The notes under the pieces: generated by a model
The model's database searches: none
What the model was told of the DNA's origin: nothing
What the model saw: the letters and a program-made list of their open reading frames with translations, nothing else
Source of the DNA: the human T2T-CHM13v2.0 reference genome, Homo sapiens
DNA length: 64,000 bases
Assembly (NCBI RefSeq): GCF_009914755.1
Contig: NC_060925.1
Reading direction: 5' to 3' (one strand)
Position numbers and translations under genes: made by a program
In this document: positions 61,798-64,000 of the stretch, in pieces
How the letters are laid out: every line of letters starts with the position of its first letter
How positions within the stretch are numbered: position 1 is the first letter of the stretch

Positions 61798-62299
61798 TAA
61801 TTAGGAATCAAGATCATGACAAACCCCAAATGTAAATAATCACAGCATACGTCATGAGGTTTTAATGATTAAAAATCTAAGCAGATGAGTTTATACTTAC
61901 TCTACATAAAAATTGCTGAATGTTCATTTCAACTATTTTATGTGTTTAATGAGTCATAAAATACTAGAGTCTCTACTGTAGGTAATAAATTTAGAGTCCT
62001 GTCAGCAATTGCTATAAAGAAACAGGTTCAAGAGACCAGTTGACCTGGGCTTATCTGCGCTTTCCAAGAAACTTTTGCCTTCAGATTCAATACTGGATTC
62101 AATACTTTACATTTTTCTTTGGTGGGAGGGAGGCAAAGGAGAAATAATATCAGAGATCCTGGAAAATTTTAAGATGCACATACTTTTGCAAAGTTAGTAT
62201 TGATTAGAATAAGAATGGAATTTATAATTGCAAATAGGCAGGTAATGAAGCATATTTTCAAATTGTTTCTCATTTAAAGTAAAAAACTTGTTCTTTCAG

Positions 62300-62357
62300 C
62301 GCCCTTTGGCTCTGGGAGCTGATATTTCTATGTATTCTGCAACAAAATACATGAATG
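62300..62357 (+). CDS. CTH: Cystathionine gamma-lyase, exon 6 (contains PLP-binding Lys212)
   Basis: TTCTTTCAG|CGC...ATG|GTAAGA; RPLALGADISMYSATKYMN(G); SxTK lysine codon at 62345-62347; 58 nt. Confidence 0.98.
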
Positions 62358-62822
62358 GTAAGATGCATACTTTGAATGTTCTTTTTCATGGATAGGTGAA
62401 AATTGCATAGGGCTTGGCTTTTGATCCCTTTTCTTTGATTATTTTGTAGATTATTTCCTGTGACTCATAGAGAGAGTAAAAAAAAAAATCCTTTGATTAA
62501 ATGTAGGATTTCATTAACAGTACACAAAACTATGCTCATGATTTATGAGAAGAGGATTAAAGTTGGCCATAAAAAGTTATGCTTTTATCTTGCTGACACC
62601 TTAAAGAAACATTTTGTTTTTATATAATTTTTATTTTCTTGTTTTAGACATAGCTTTTGCTACTGTCCAGTTGAATAAAGGTTACTTAAACTTATTTTAT
62701 AGAGCTTTTTCCCTGAGAGTTTTTTCAAGTGAAAATCACATTTTGAAAATTATAAAATAAAGAGTAAACATAAATTGTTTCTAACTGAAATTTTTGTTTG
62801 TTTGTTTGTTTTTTGTTTTTAG

Positions 62823-62900
62823 GCCACAGTGATGTTGTAATGGGCCTGGTGTCTGTTAATTGTGAAAGCCTTCATAATAGACTTCGTTTCTTGCAAAACT
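62823..62900 (+). CDS. CTH: Cystathionine gamma-lyase, exon 7 (gene continues beyond window)
   Basis: TTTTTAG|GC...ACT|GTAAGT; (G)HSDVVMGLVSVNCESLHNRLRFLQN; 78 nt, phase 1-1; GHSD motif. Confidence 0.98.
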
Positions 62901-63014
62901 GTAAGTATTAAAAAGTGCAGGTTCCCTATGACACTCTCAGTGACTACATTTGATATTTGTATTTCCACTAAGTGATGTGAAGTGATGGCATTCTAATAAT
63001 TTATGAAGAAATGA

Positions 63015-63702
<688 letters not shown>

Positions 63703-64000
63703 CGGTTATAGCATAGCAAGGCTTTATGATATGATATAAGAAATGAGTTTTTTTATTTTCATGTCCATCTTAATTATAATCATAATTTGATAAAGCCCTA
63801 GTGAATTTTTAGTTTCAAGACTTAATGGTTTTTTTTTCTTTTTTAAAATTACATTTGAAATGAGGGCTTTCATATACTATACCTTTTATATCACGAATGA
63901 TGGTTAATTTTAAATAGCACTTACAGTATAAACTTACATTTTTCAATAGATGTCTAAACACCATTTCCTATTTACATTGCTTAGTTTATCTCCAGTATAG

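Overview
Primate (human-like) genomic DNA from the CTH locus. The window holds the promoter and exons 1-7 of CTH (cystathionine gamma-lyase, + strand, ATG at 43923). The seven exons splice by GT-AG into one continuous 241-codon frame that includes the PLP-binding Lys212; the gene continues past the window end. About 37 kb upstream, in the same orientation, is a two-LTR, internally deleted and coding-dead HERV-H provirus (138-6533) with a tRNA-His primer site, polypurine tract and near-perfect 5-bp TSD. The rest is repeat-rich intergenic and intronic DNA: about 50 Alus, a twin-primed 5'-inverted L1PA fragment, THE1/MST/MLT1 and ERV1 LTRs, MER DNA transposons, and L2/MIR relics. Almost all ORFs in the supplied track are Alu or low-complexity artefacts. 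I cannot demonstrate a novel biological system from sequence alone. The best leads are: a splice-acceptor-like sequence immediately before the CTH ATG that could accept HERV-H or other upstream transcripts; discordant poly(A)-signal blocks in the two LTRs; a 166-bp tandem duplication carrying pre-miRNA-sized hairpins; a nested triple-palindrome element; and features that may explain exon 5 skipping. Repeat subfamily names and boundaries were assigned by eye from remembered consensus sequences and are approximate.
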